From the human T2T-CHM13v2.0 reference genome, Homo sapiens: a DNA stretch of 64,000 nt. Below, piece by piece: positions 1 to 12,176 of the stretch (position 1 is its first letter; each line of letters starts with the position of its first letter). Position numbers and translations under genes: made by a program. Location of the stretch: NCBI RefSeq assembly GCF_009914755.1, contig NC_060939.1. One strand, 5' to 3'. Under the pieces are notes generated by a model, which saw nothing but the letters and a program-made list of their open reading frames with translations, searched no databases and was not told where the DNA came from.

Positions 1-69
1 AAGTAAATATGTTCTGACAAAATCACAATAAAATACTTTAAATCCCTGAAAAATAATAAACAACTTCAG

Positions 70-402
70 TGTACAACTACATGGATGAATCTCCCAAGCC
101 TAATGTTTGTCACAAAATGCCAGACGCAAGAGTATGATGTATATAATTCTATTTATGTAAGGTTCAAAATAGATAGGAGTAATCTATGTCGATAGATGTT
201 ATAGCAGTGGATACCTTTTTTAGGATGGGTTTGACACGGGATGAGGGTGCCAGAAGGGCTCCTGAAGTGTTGGTAATGTTTTATTTCTATAAATGGGTGT
301 TGATTACATGAATATATTCAGTTTGTGAACATTATTTGAGGTAAAATAGAATTTGTATGCCTTTCCGCATGTATGTTATTCTGCAATAAAAATTTATTTA
401 AA
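70..402 (+). mobile_element. Old L1 (L1ME-like) 3' UTR fragment
   Basis: Typical L1M 3' motifs (ACATGGATGAATCTC, GGTAATGTTTTATTTCT, TGTATGTTATTCTGCAATAAAAAT); AATAAA at 385-390. Confidence 0.8.
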
Positions 403-554
403 ATGTTTTGTATTCTTATTTTTTCAAGTACAAAAATTGTATGAATTGCATATTAAAAGCTCTCTTCCCCACCTCCCCGCCTACCACACATCATGCCCTA
501 GAAAATGCCAACTCTTTGCAGGATTCAAAGAAATACAGTGGTGGTTCTGGATTC

Positions 555-730
555 ACAGTTCAGCTTTCTTCTGGTGCTTGCACTTCCACTAGAGGATACA
601 GGGATACTCCACATTTAAACATGAAATAAAGAACCCAGTGAGGCTGGGGAATTGCCAGAGAAGTGTTCGTCAGTGACTTACAGGGTGGTATTTACCTCAA
701 CACACTTACTTCGGAATCTCAAAACCTCAC
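555..730 (+). repeat. Dispersed duplication, copy 1 (paralogous to 2564-2746)
   Basis: ACAGTTCAGCTTTCTTCTGGTGCTTGCACTTCC...CTCCACATTTAAACATGAAATAAAGAA...GGTGGTATTTACCTCAACACAC shared with copy 2. Confidence 0.95.
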
Positions 731-763
731 AGGTAAATGTTTACCCTCAAGGCTTTAATAAGC

Positions 764-790
764 GTTGTTGTTGTTGTTGTTGTTGTTGTT
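764..790. repeat. (GTT)9 microsatellite
   Basis: Read directly. Confidence 0.95.
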
Positions 791-1174
791 AAGATCAATA
801 TCTTTTTGGTTGCTATTTTAATGGAATATTTAAAAATTCTATTTCTGGTTCTGCTTGATTTGGTAATTTAAAAGAATCATTTTAGTTTTTTAAAAAGAAT
901 TATATATTTTTTAATGCACAAAAGTAATACAAGGTAATTGTAATAAATCAAAATATAAAAGTACATAAAGAAGCTAATAATTCCCCCTTGTTTCCTTTCC
1001 CACTCCTGTATGTAATGATCCAAACTATTTTCTATTTTCAAACAACTAAGTATGAATATACATGGATAGCCTGCTCCCTTATTTTTTTCACAAACGGAAT
1101 TAAATCAACTGTATTATACTTCCATTTGCTTTTTAATCTTTTCAATAGCTGCATAATATTCCATAATGTGACAG

Positions 1175-1668
1175 ATTAAAGAATGCCACAAATCATTTGT
1201 GGATCCTTCCATTGAGAGGCCTAATGCCCTGATCCTTAAATCTGGGTTGAACTTGATGACTTGCCTAACCGATAGAATGAGGCAGAAGTCATGCTGCCTG
1301 AAGCTTCTGCCTTGATCTCTGGAACTCAGGTGTCATGCTGTGAGGAGGTGCAAAAGTTCCATGGAAATGCATATGGAGAAGATCCAAAGCTCCCAGGTAC
1401 AGCCCTGGCTAAGCACCCAGAAAAGAGTCAGCACCAATTTGCCAGCCCTATAAATGAACTTGGTTTTCATGTTAGTGAAATAAGTTTTCAAGCTGAATCC
1501 TCTAGCCACAGAAGAGCTGCCCCCATTGATGTTGCACAGAGCAGGGATAAGCTGTTCCTGTCATGTCCCACTCAAATAGCAAATTCTGAGCAAAATACAC
1601 TGCCATTATTGTATTAAGTTGGTAGATTTAGGGACGTTTGTTATACATCCATACATAACCAGAATACA
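1175..1668 (+). mobile_element. MaLR solo LTR (MLT1G/H-like)
   Basis: GACTTGCCTAACCGATAGAATGAGGCAGAAGT and terminal TTTGTTATACATCCATACATAACCAGAATACA, typical of MLT1. Confidence 0.75.
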
Positions 1669-2563
1669 TAGAATCAGAACAGCTTAATTTACTCATTATT
1701 AACTATTACACTACATATAAACAGATTTTTTTCCTCCAACTTCTAATAGCTTGCAACAAACATCTTTGTGTACTTCTAATTTTTGCCATTTAAATAATAC
1801 TGCATTGCCGCATTGTCGATTTACTTCATTTGATGCTTTTATTTTATGCTGTTAGTTTTTCTTCATATGTCTTATGACTTTTGTTTTGTGGTATGTAATT
1901 TATAGAAAAGACATAATATTTGGGGTGTTTCTAAGCTTTTAGGCTTGCCCTGCTTCTCTGCCAATCACTCATTCTATTTTTTTGGATGCGTTTTACTAGT
2001 GACAGATGCTGACTCCTTTTCTCACACATTAAGGAAAAACACTTATTTGATTTTTTAAAAAATCAACAGGATGAGTCATGATACTCTTTAAAATCTAATC
2101 TTTGAGAACTCCTCTATCTGCCATCTTGCTACATCAGTCTCTTGTTTGTTTCAGGAAAACTAGTGCAAGCAGCAAAGATAATGCTCCCTTGAAAATGCTT
2201 CCTGAAACCACAAAATATGGGTCCTTTGTAATTTATTCAGAATTTATTTGAACAAGGAAACCATGGTATTGGTATTTTTTTTACTGTCCACTGAGAAAAA
2301 CAGTGTTTTTACAAGTTTTTCTTTCTCCTCATCATCGTTAACATGATTTCAAAGCACAAGGCTGGAAGTGCTGCGCAGTTAGTCTAATTTCAACAAAATA
2401 TGCTTGCTGCTTTCAGACCTAGCACATCAGAGCTGATTTGATGCTTGATGTAGCATTGCAGCATCTTTGTGCTAGTTTCTTTCAAGCTCCATGTGAACTA
2501 ATGTAACAATTCCCCTTGAAATCATTTGATTCCTATTATTTTGGTATATTAAACATGAAAATA

Positions 2564-2746
2564 ACAGTTCAGCTTTCTTCTGGTGCTTGCACTTCCTCTA
2601 GAGGATACAGGGAGGGACTCCACATTTAAACATGAAATAAAGAATCCAGTGAGGCTGGGGAGTTGCCAGGGAAGGGAAACTGCTCGTCAGCGACTTACAA
2701 GGTGGTATTTACCTCAACACACCACTTTACGAAACCTGAGTCTCAC
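2564..2746 (+). repeat. Dispersed duplication, copy 2 (paralogous to 555-730)
   Basis: Same blocks as copy 1, with small indels (GGAGGGACTCC vs GGATACTCC; GGGAAGGGAAACTGCTCG vs GAGAAGTGTTCG). Confidence 0.95.
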
Positions 2747-2927
2747 CTTGGCGAGATTTTCATCAGCAAATGGGGAACGTGGCCATCTCTCTGTGATGAT
2801 TTGCCAATCGAGGTACGAGGGAGCACAAGTAAAAGTTGAATGTCAACTTGCTCATTTATAATGACTGATGAGAAACATAAATATATTTACAAGTTCTCTC
2901 ATTTCCTATATAAAAATCTTCACTGAA

Positions 2928-3950
2928 ATGTAATGCCTAGGGCAACCACTTAATAGTTTATACGAAGAAATCCACTCAAAACACTATAGAAAAATCAAAC
3001 TAGAATTGTAAAAAACGTTCAAACAACCCACAGGAGGCAGAAAGAAGAAAACAGTAAAACAAAAAACTCGGAGGAAACAAACAGAAAACAAACAAACCTG
3101 CACGTTGTGCACATGTACCCTAAAACTTAAAGTATAATAATAATAAAATAAATAAAATGACAGATTTATTTCCTAATGTATATGTAATCACATTAAATAT
3201 AAGTTGTCTGAATACACCAATTAAAAGACAGAAATTGACAGAGTGAATTATAAAATGAGCTAACTATATGCCAGCTACAAGAAACTCACTTTCAATCTAA
3301 TAATATGGTTAGGTTGAAAGAAAAGATCGAAAAACTATATTACATATAAACATTAATCAAAGTAAAGTTGAAGTGTATATGTTATCCTAGAGGACAGACT
3401 TCAGAGTGAAGTAACAGAAAGGAACATTTCCTAATGGTAAAAGGATCAGTCCCTGAAGAAATCATAGCAATCCTAAACATGTATGCACCCAACAATGGAG
3501 CTGCAACATATGTGAATAGAAAACTGATAGAAAATTGAAAGGAGAAATAAACAAAATTTTAATGGGAGACTTCAACACTCCTCTCTCAACAATTTATAGA
3601 ACAATACCATTAGCTGACAGGATCTAAACATTTAGAGAACAATTCACCCAACAACAGTAGAATCCGCATGTTTTTCAAGCCCTCACAGAACGTTTACCAA
3701 CTTAGACTGTATTCTGAGCCATTAAATGAACCACAGCAGATATAAAATAATAAAACTCGTACAGAGTTGGTTCTGTGGCCATCATGGACTCAAGCTACCA
3801 AGCAATAACAGAAAGATAACAGGAAAATCTCCAAACATTTGAAAACTACAAAATGTGCTTCTAAATAATCTGTGACTCAAAGAGGAAGTATTTTAAATTT
3901 AAAAATAGCTTGAACTGATTGACAATATAACATAGAAACATTTATGGGAT
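2928..3950 (+). mobile_element. Old L1M fragment (inter-ORF and ORF2 endonuclease region), degenerate
   Basis: ACACCAATTAAAAGACAGA, CTACAAGAAACTCACTTT, GGAGACTTCAACACTCCTCTCTCA, CCAACAACAGTAGAAT; many stops. Confidence 0.85.
3091..3157 (+). mobile_element. Extremely 5'-truncated young L1PA 3' end nested in older L1
   Basis: AACAAACCTGCACGTTGTGCACATGTACCCTAAAACTTAAAGTATAATAA plus A-rich tail. Confidence 0.85.
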
Positions 3951-3954
3951 GGAG

Positions 3955-4890
3955 TAGACATATGTTTCCCTATTCCTCCTACTTAGTGCAGCGAAAGCCC
4001 CTTAACATTATATACAAAACAAGACAACTCTGAAAGGTGGAGAAAGGAGGGCAGATCAGTCAGGGCTTTGTGTCCTGAAGAATGACATGATAGTGCGTTT
4101 CTTTGCTCTTCTTAGTGCCTTATATATCTCGCACTGAGTGCTGCAGAAACCTGAAAATGCCAATAGGAAAATACAGACTCCCTTATCCCCCAGAAAACAA
4201 ACAAACAAACAAACACAAAAAAACCCTGCTTTCTGCAGCCACAGAACAAGAAAAGGGGCAGCCAAGCAAGACAGAACATTTTTAGACAATAACCACACTC
4301 CTCTTCAGCCAAACTCCATGGAAATAACCACTGCCCCAGCCCCACCCCAGTAGCAAAGGCCACCTGGCGAGCTTAGACTATCACCCTTGCCAAACTGTAG
4401 CAACTGCTCCTCCACGCTGTGGTGATGTCAGAGAAGGCCAAGTGGGAGGTCAGGACTTCCATTGCTGACCAGTGCTAGTGAGGCCCCATCTCTGGCCGTG
4501 CCAGTGGGGACCAGTGGGGAGCTGTGGCCACGCTCCCTGCCTTTCATGGAACTCTTACCCCTGCCCAGCAGTGATGAGAAGCCCCTCCTCTTGGGGGCCA
4601 ATGGAGCCCAAGCGGGGATCTGAAGTTTGACCCCCACCTTGCAGTAATAGGTGAAACCCTCTCTACCCATTCCTTCCTTCAGAGGAAGCCTGCTAAAACA
4701 AAAAATTTAAATAAGGTTTGGTCTCATAATACCTCAGATGTGCAGATATCATTGACAATCCCTCATCATACCAAGAACTAGCAAAATCTCAAATGGAATG
4801 AGTAAAAGTGATCAATGGACACCAATAAAGAAGTAGCACCGATGTTAGGATTTTCCAACAAGGATCCTAAGGCAGCCATCACAAAAATGC
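3955..4890 (+). mobile_element. Old L1M 5' region (L1MC/MD-type 5' UTR to start of ORF1)
   Basis: ACTCTGAAAGGTGGAGAAAGGAGGGCAGA, GC-rich internal repeats at ~4380-4680, CATACCAAGAAC...GCAGCCATCACAAAAATGCTT. Confidence 0.6.
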
Positions 4891-4904
4891 TTTTACTAAA
4901 AATT

Positions 4905-5920
<1,016 letters not shown>

Positions 5921-7002
5921 AATAAAGATAAACAGTAGACAAAATAAAAATATGACCCTTGTAATCACCTATTGAGGTGAAAGCTACCATGGTCTGGATT
6001 TTACTAATGGGGGTTTTGGTGTGGCAAGGAGACAAGAGGTAGCCTCCGGAATTTACTCAGCTCTTAAGTGAACAGGTAGGGACTTGAACCTGGTTGTTTG
6101 GCTCCAAGTAAGAAATAGAGTCCAGGTGGTCTGGCTCCGTAGCCTGGGATGGTGACCACCCTGCTGTGCTGTTGCTTACCCTCCAGAGCTCCCCACCTCC
6201 CCCAGCAGGTCCTAGACCTGGACAACAACCTGGTTTCTTGAAGGAGGTGATACCCATAGTACATAAACAGTGTTGGAACAGAGAGACAACATGGAGAACC
6301 TTCATCCCTCATTCAATGATAGGGTGGGGGTCTGGGGACAGCCTAGGCATGGGCAGACACATTTTCTGTGGCAGACGGAGGAGGCTGGGAGCTGGGCATT
6401 GCTCATGGCATCCGTGCAGCTTCAAAGTGCTCACCGTCTGCACCCTCACCCTCACCACCGCCTGCTGGCCACTCAGCAGCCCTGGAGGCAGACACTCCTT
6501 TGACCCTGTTTGACAGGTGATGACGCTGAGTTCCAGCGATGTTGAGCCTCAAGGTCAAGTTACCCAACTCCAGGAAGAGGTGGGCTTGGGTGGGGGCAGC
6601 TGGACTCCCCAGCTGCACTGGAAATTCTATGCCACATTGCCAGGAATGATAAATAACTCCTTCTGCATTAGGAAACAAGCAGGACTTCCTCAAGACAGAC
6701 AAATGATTGAATATATAGAATTGTCCAGAATCACACCCCTCTTAAATGGATATGCTCAGACACACGAGTGGGACTGGAAGTGGAGGCCGGGTGAGGAGAC
6801 GTTGGCTTTGCAGTCAATACACTTCTGTTTTGTTTTTTTTTTCCAACAAATGTATTCATGTGTTGCACAATTTTTAAAAAAGGTAAAAAGAGATGGTGCT
6901 ATGTATATAATAGAGCTGTTATAAAAGTTTAAATTAAGTTATATAATAGTCGCAGTATCTGGGACATAGTAGGTGCTCAAAATAAACATTATTTTGCAAA
7001 GC

Positions 7003-7262
7003 GTCTTAGTCTGTTTGGGTTTCTATAACCAAAATACCATAGACTGGGAGACTTAACAGAAATGTATTCCTCACAGTTCTGGAGGCTGAGAAGTCCAAGA
7101 TCGAGGCACTGACACATCTGGTGTCTGGTGAGGACCCACTTACTGTTTCATTGATGGCACCTTCTCCCTGTGTCCTCACATACTGGAGGAGGTTGCTGAC
7201 TCCCTGGGGCCCCTTATATAAGGGCAGTAATCCCATTCATGAGAAACATTCAGACCACAGCA
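7003..7262 (-). mobile_element. MaLR LTR (MLT1A/MST-like), internally deleted
   Basis: TCTTAGTCTGTTTGGG...CTCACAGTTCTGGAGGCTGAGAAGTCCAAGATC...ACATTCAGACCACAGCA. Confidence 0.85.
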
Positions 7263-9171
7263 TACATTTAAAATGCTTTACAGAAGCAGATCAAGTGAGA
7301 CGATGATGGGCTCTCAGAGACCCATGCTCTTCTACAATCTATCTGCAAAGAAGACCTGGCTGGAGGTGGAGAGTATAAAAGCCAATCAGGACTACAGCGA
7401 ATCAGGACGGTCTCTGATTAAAGGTGTTAACGACGTGACCTAGCCCTGGCTGGATGCAGTTCAGGGCCTCCCTGGGTCTTGGTTGCAGCCTTCATGAATA
7501 TAACAGCCCCCCACACCACGCAGAGCAGGTTTTGTTCACTCAAGCCATGCAAGAGGCATGGGCTCAGCGTGCAGCTCTGTCTTCTCCAGCAATCTGTCCG
7601 GTTTCTGTCTCTTCAGCTCCAGCCACCTCCATGCGCTGCATGGAGCCCCTCCCTGCACTGGGTCCCAGAAGTTCTGCTTGTTTTCAGCGATCACACTCCC
7701 GCACTGTCTGTGGCTCAAAGTCTGTAAATAATGGTTTAGCATATTTCATCCACTTTTCTACCTGGACAGAAAGTGTAGTGTTGTTAGTTGGTCAGAGCAG
7801 GAGGTGGTTCTGTGTGTTTTGTCAGCCTTCCAGATGTCCCCAAGCAGCAAGAGAAGGAAGGGGCTGTGCACAGCCTTTGCCTGGGGCTTCCTATGTCCAT
7901 CGGAAAGAGAGTGGATCGCATAAGCTCTCACAGAAAGAATGAATGAGCGAGTCAGTTGCTTCCCTGAATGGCTTTGTTCTGTTCTGGTGCATCCTCTGCT
8001 TGGGACCCACCTGCTAGGGCGTGGTAGAGTGAACAGCTACGTGTCTTTGTTCAGCACCTGCTTAGTGCCAGGACCTTTCTCTCTGCTTGGGAAATTGCCG
8101 TCTTTGTTTCACAGAGGATGAAGCTGAGGTTCGTAGGCTGAATTCTGGTGGCCCAGTTTTCCGGCCTGGGCTCCTTCCACTTGTAGAGTGGCCTATCTCA
8201 GTGCTGCCTATGCCGTTGGGAGGGGTGGTGGCAAAGGCAGACCAAGAGTCACCAGGCAATTTCTTAGGAGCCTGAAGTCTGCAATCCTCCAGTGAAGCTT
8301 TTCAGATGAATGTCCTTCACACCCCAAGAATTCTAGAAATGCTGAGCCCCTAGCCTGGAGGGCAGGCTTGGTGCCTGCAACAGAGCATGGGCCCAGCGAC
8401 CCCTATGGTCTGAGAGAGAGGGTGAGGTGGGAGGACCATCCACTCTGGGAGACTTGGGCTGGCCTTGCAGACTGAAACCTCTCCTGTAAAGTGATGTGTG
8501 TCCTGGACCTGCAGGGAGGGAGGGGCCTCTGGAAGTCAGGCCGATTGCCAGGGTCTGTGAGGCATCTTCTGAAGCCCAGGCCCTGTCTGGCTTTTTCTTG
8601 CCAGGAGTCTGGCTCTCTTGCTCCACATGAATGACTGAAGTTATTTGAAGAGGTCCCCCAGAGAGTCATCAGGCCTCTGGTGGAATTGCAGGGGCTCAGG
8701 GAAGGCACAGAGATAGGGCTGTAATGCCCGGGGAGGGAGCGGCCCAAGGCCTGCCCCAGACCACTGCAAGCCTGGGTGCTTGGAGAGGAGAGGGCCATTA
8801 GCATGGCTGTTAAGAGCCGCTGCTGGGGGCACTGGCAAGGGACCTGTTCAACAGCTTCACCCACTGGGCCATGCACCTGACAAGCATTCACCAACCACTC
8901 TTTCTGTCTTACAGGAAAGTGATGGGGGTGGGGAGCAAGGTTGCTTTGGCCTGAGGTCAAACCATCAAGATCTGCATATGTCTACAGTTATTGATCCTTC
9001 TATTAGGTAAAGAAAAGAATTGTATAAAAACCATTCAGAGCTGCTGAAGATGTTGTTACACTTGCCAGATCTGGGAACTGCGATTTTCCTTTGCAGCTTC
9101 AACAAGAGAAGAAATCTCACAGGGGAGGAAGGGGTCGCTGAGCGTCCTCGGCCCATGGATACCTTACTTTG

Positions 9172-9190
9172 TGGCGCCACCTAACGGCTA
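9172..9190 (-). promoter_or_regulatory. CTCF consensus motif
   Basis: Reverse complement TAGCCGTTAGGTGGCGCCA fits core CCnnnAGRKGGCRC; lies in non-repeat, CpG-containing DNA. Confidence 0.7.
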
Positions 9191-9716
9191 AAGGTTAAAA
9201 TTGCAAATCTTAAAGATTCCTCCGGCAGAGGAAGAGGTGGGAAGGGGCCGGGTTTTTGAAGAGCAGGCTGAGAGAGCTTTTTTGGGAGATTTGTTTCCTG
9301 CTTTCTGGGCACATGCACCTAATGACGATACAATCCTACGACCCATCTCTGATTCTTCCCCTGACCCACTCTGGTGTAGCCCTGCGGAGATAATTGGCAA
9401 TTGCAAAGTCACCTGCCTTTGACTTCTGACCCAGTAACCCAGGAAACCGTGCCAAAGATACTCTAGCAAGAAATACGAGTCGGGTTTACACGTGCCACAC
9501 CCTACGGAATTTTTTGTTATCGTAAGAGACTCAGAGCGATTCACATGTGCATCAGAGAGGGCACTGATGGAAGCAAACCTCGTGCATCCCACAGAGTTAC
9601 AGCCAGCAGCGCTCAGGCTGTGTGGCTGCCGCAAGTGCCCCTGAGCCCCCTGAGCCCCAGTGGCTGGCGACAGCCCCGCTCCATGTCGCCTTCATCCAAG
9701 ATCTGCGCCGCGGGGC

Positions 9717-9735
9717 GGCCGCCATCTGGAGCACG
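9717..9735 (-). promoter_or_regulatory. CTCF-like motif in a small CpG cluster
   Basis: Reverse complement CGTGCTCCAGATGGCGGCC, next to GCGCCGCGGGGCGGCCGCC. Confidence 0.45.
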
Positions 9736-9804
9736 GCTGGCCACGGTCAGCCCTAAGCTGGTGGGTGACACTGCGTCTGCGCACACTTCGTTGCTCAAAG
9801 CCAA

Positions 9805-11640
9805 CTGTATGTGCTGACTGGGTGTGCCTTCTAGTGTCCTGTGTTCCTGCTGAGTGCCTAGCATGCATACTTCCTTTGTGCGCCCAGTGTTGTGTGCCTG
9901 TCACTGTGTGTCCAGTATTGAGTTATGTGCATGGTGTTATGCACCAGGCATGGTGTGTCTGACTTTGTTTGCCCAGTGTCGCGTAGCCAGCATCTGTGTC
10001 CAGCCTGTGTTCTTGCCATGTGCCTGGCCCTGCATGCCTAGTGTGGCACCTGGCTGTGCATACTCCGCATTGTATGCCGGGTTTGTTTGCTCCCGTCTGT
10101 GAGCCTTGCAGTGTAATCCTGGAGCGTATGCCCTGTGTTGTTTGCCAACTGTGTGTGCAGGTACTGTGTGTACCTGGCGCTGTGTCCCTGCTTGTTTGTG
10201 CCTAGTGGGCATGCCCAGTATTGCATGCCTGGTGTTGTGTACCTGGTCCTGTGTGCCCAGTATTGAGATCCCAGAGTGTCTGCCCGGCCTGGGTGCCTGC
10301 GTTGTGTGTCCGGCCCTGTGTGCTCAGGTTTGTGCATCCAGCTTGGTGGGCCCAGAGTGTGCCTGGCATACGGGCTTAGTGCTTTCTCCCTGGCATTTTG
10401 TGCCTGGCATGTTTGCCCAGCACTGTGTGCCCTGCATGGTGTCCCAGAGGCTGCGCCTACTATGGTGTGTCTGGCTTTGTGTGTCTGGCATTGCATGCTC
10501 ATTGTTGTATACTTACTGTGTGTGTCCAGCATGGGGCGCCTGCATTGTTTTCCTGGCCCTGTGGTTCCAGAGTTCTGTTTCTGCACTGCATGCCTGGTGT
10601 TGTGTGGGTGGAATTACATGGCTGGTGTGTACATGGCTGGTATGTGACCCAGCGTTGTGAGCTCAGTGTGGTGCTCCTGGAGTGCCTGGCCCGGAGTGCC
10701 TGCTGGTGTGTGTGTGGTATGTGTTTGGCATCATCTGTCTGAGGTTTTGTGCATAGTGTTGTGTTCCCACAGTGTGTGCTGGCATTAGTGCCTGGACTTG
10801 TGTGTGCCTGGCATTGCACCCTGGCTTCTGTGCCCAGCATGGTGTGTCCCAGTGTTTTGTGCCCTACAGTGAAGCTCAGCATTGCGTTTGGTGTGTGTGT
10901 TCAACATGTGTTACAAGCATGGGTTCTTGCCGTGTGTGCATTGTGTATGTGATGCTGTGTCCCTAGAGTGTGTGTAGCATCTGTGCCTGGTGTGTGCCCG
11001 ATGTTGTGTTCCTGCAGCGTCTGGTGTTGTCCCCAGTGTGTGCCAGTGTGTATTCCCAGTGGGTGTGCCAGCTTGTCGGTCATGGTATGCCTGACCTTGT
11101 ATGCCCAGAGTTGTGTGTCCAGTGTGTCCCCAGCTTCAGTGTCTGTGGCTGGAGAGTGTGTCTTTCCTTCTGTGTCTGGTGTTGTGACCCAGCATGGTTT
11201 GTGTGGCTGTGTATGCTTGGCAAGCGTGCCCACTCCTGTGTGCCTGGTGCTGCGTGACTGGCACGTGTACCTCGAATTGTTTGGCTGACAGTGTGTGCCC
11301 AGAATTTTGTGCCCACTGTGTGGGCCTGTGTTGTGTCCTGTGCTGTGTGCTCTGTTGTTAGCCCTGTGTGTGTGCTCTGTGTGTCTTGTGCTGTGTGTCC
11401 TATGCTGTGTGGCCTGTGCTGTGTCCTGTGTGGTGTGCCGTGCACTGTGTGCCCTGTAGTGTGTGTCCTGTGCTGTGTCCTGTGTGGTGTGCCGTGTGCT
11501 GTGTGTCTTGTGCTGTGTGTCCTGTGCTGTGCGCCCTGTGTTGTGTACCCAGTACTTCTGTGTGTCCTGGGCTGTGTGTCCAGCACATGTGTCTGCTGCC
11601 CCACTGTGCTGAGTCCCAACACCCACCTGTGCGCCTGGCA
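9805..11640 (+). repeat. Degenerate TG-rich low-complexity tract (TGTGTGCCTGG / TGTGTCC motifs)
   Basis: About 1.8 kb, A-poor on the plus strand; exact 30-nt repeat at 11413-11442 and 11467-11496; source of spurious Cys/Val and His/Thr ORFs. Confidence 0.9.
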
Positions 11641-12157
11641 CTGCCTCGTTGTTGGGGAGGACACCCTGTGTGGCCGTCCTCGCCACCTGCTCGAGCAGAG
11701 CTGAGGTGGCCTCTGCCCTCACTTCCACCGCAGTTTGCCTTCCTTCCTGGGGACACTCCTGCCTGGCAGCTCCCCATGTTTAGCCTGTTCCAGGGATCAG
11801 CTTCCACCCCAGGCACTCTCCATTTATTTGGGGAGTTCCCACAGGATGAGGCCCTTAAGGGAGTCCCTCCTCTCTACTGGGGATACCCCTGAGCAGGTGG
11901 GGACTCCTGTCCTTCATTCAGCTCATCCCCAGCCCTGGCTGGAGCTTTCCCTCCTTTGCGGAGGTGGGCTCAGGCAGGCCTCGCTGGGGAGCTCACCAGG
12001 CCCTGTGCGTGGGGCTCTGCAGGCCCAGCCAGTCCTGACTCTGCCGTGAGCCCCGCACCAGGATGGGAAGTGCCCTGAGAGCTCATCTCCTACCACCTCC
12101 AGGGCTGGGGCTGGCGCCTCCTCCAGCCTGGCATCTGGCCGCGGCGGTCTCCCCAAG

Positions 12158-12176
12158 CAGCCACCAGGGGGCAGAG
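12158..12176 (+). promoter_or_regulatory. CTCF consensus motif
   Basis: CAGCCACCAGGGGGCAGAG, essentially the consensus core CCACCAGGGGGCAG. Confidence 0.75.

Noticed and set aside
6057-9634. ORFs of 100-185 aa in the GC-richer unique region
   Set aside because: No recognisable domain, no consistent exon or frame structure, and lengths expected by chance at this GC content
9854-11892. Many overlapping Cys/Val-rich (plus) and His/Thr/Gln-rich (minus) ORFs up to 275 aa, superficially keratin-associated, metallothionein- or mucin-like
   Set aside because: Open in nearly all frames on both strands because the TG tract is depleted of stop codons; composition simply mirrors TGT/GTG and CAC/ACA triplets, and many lack an ATG start
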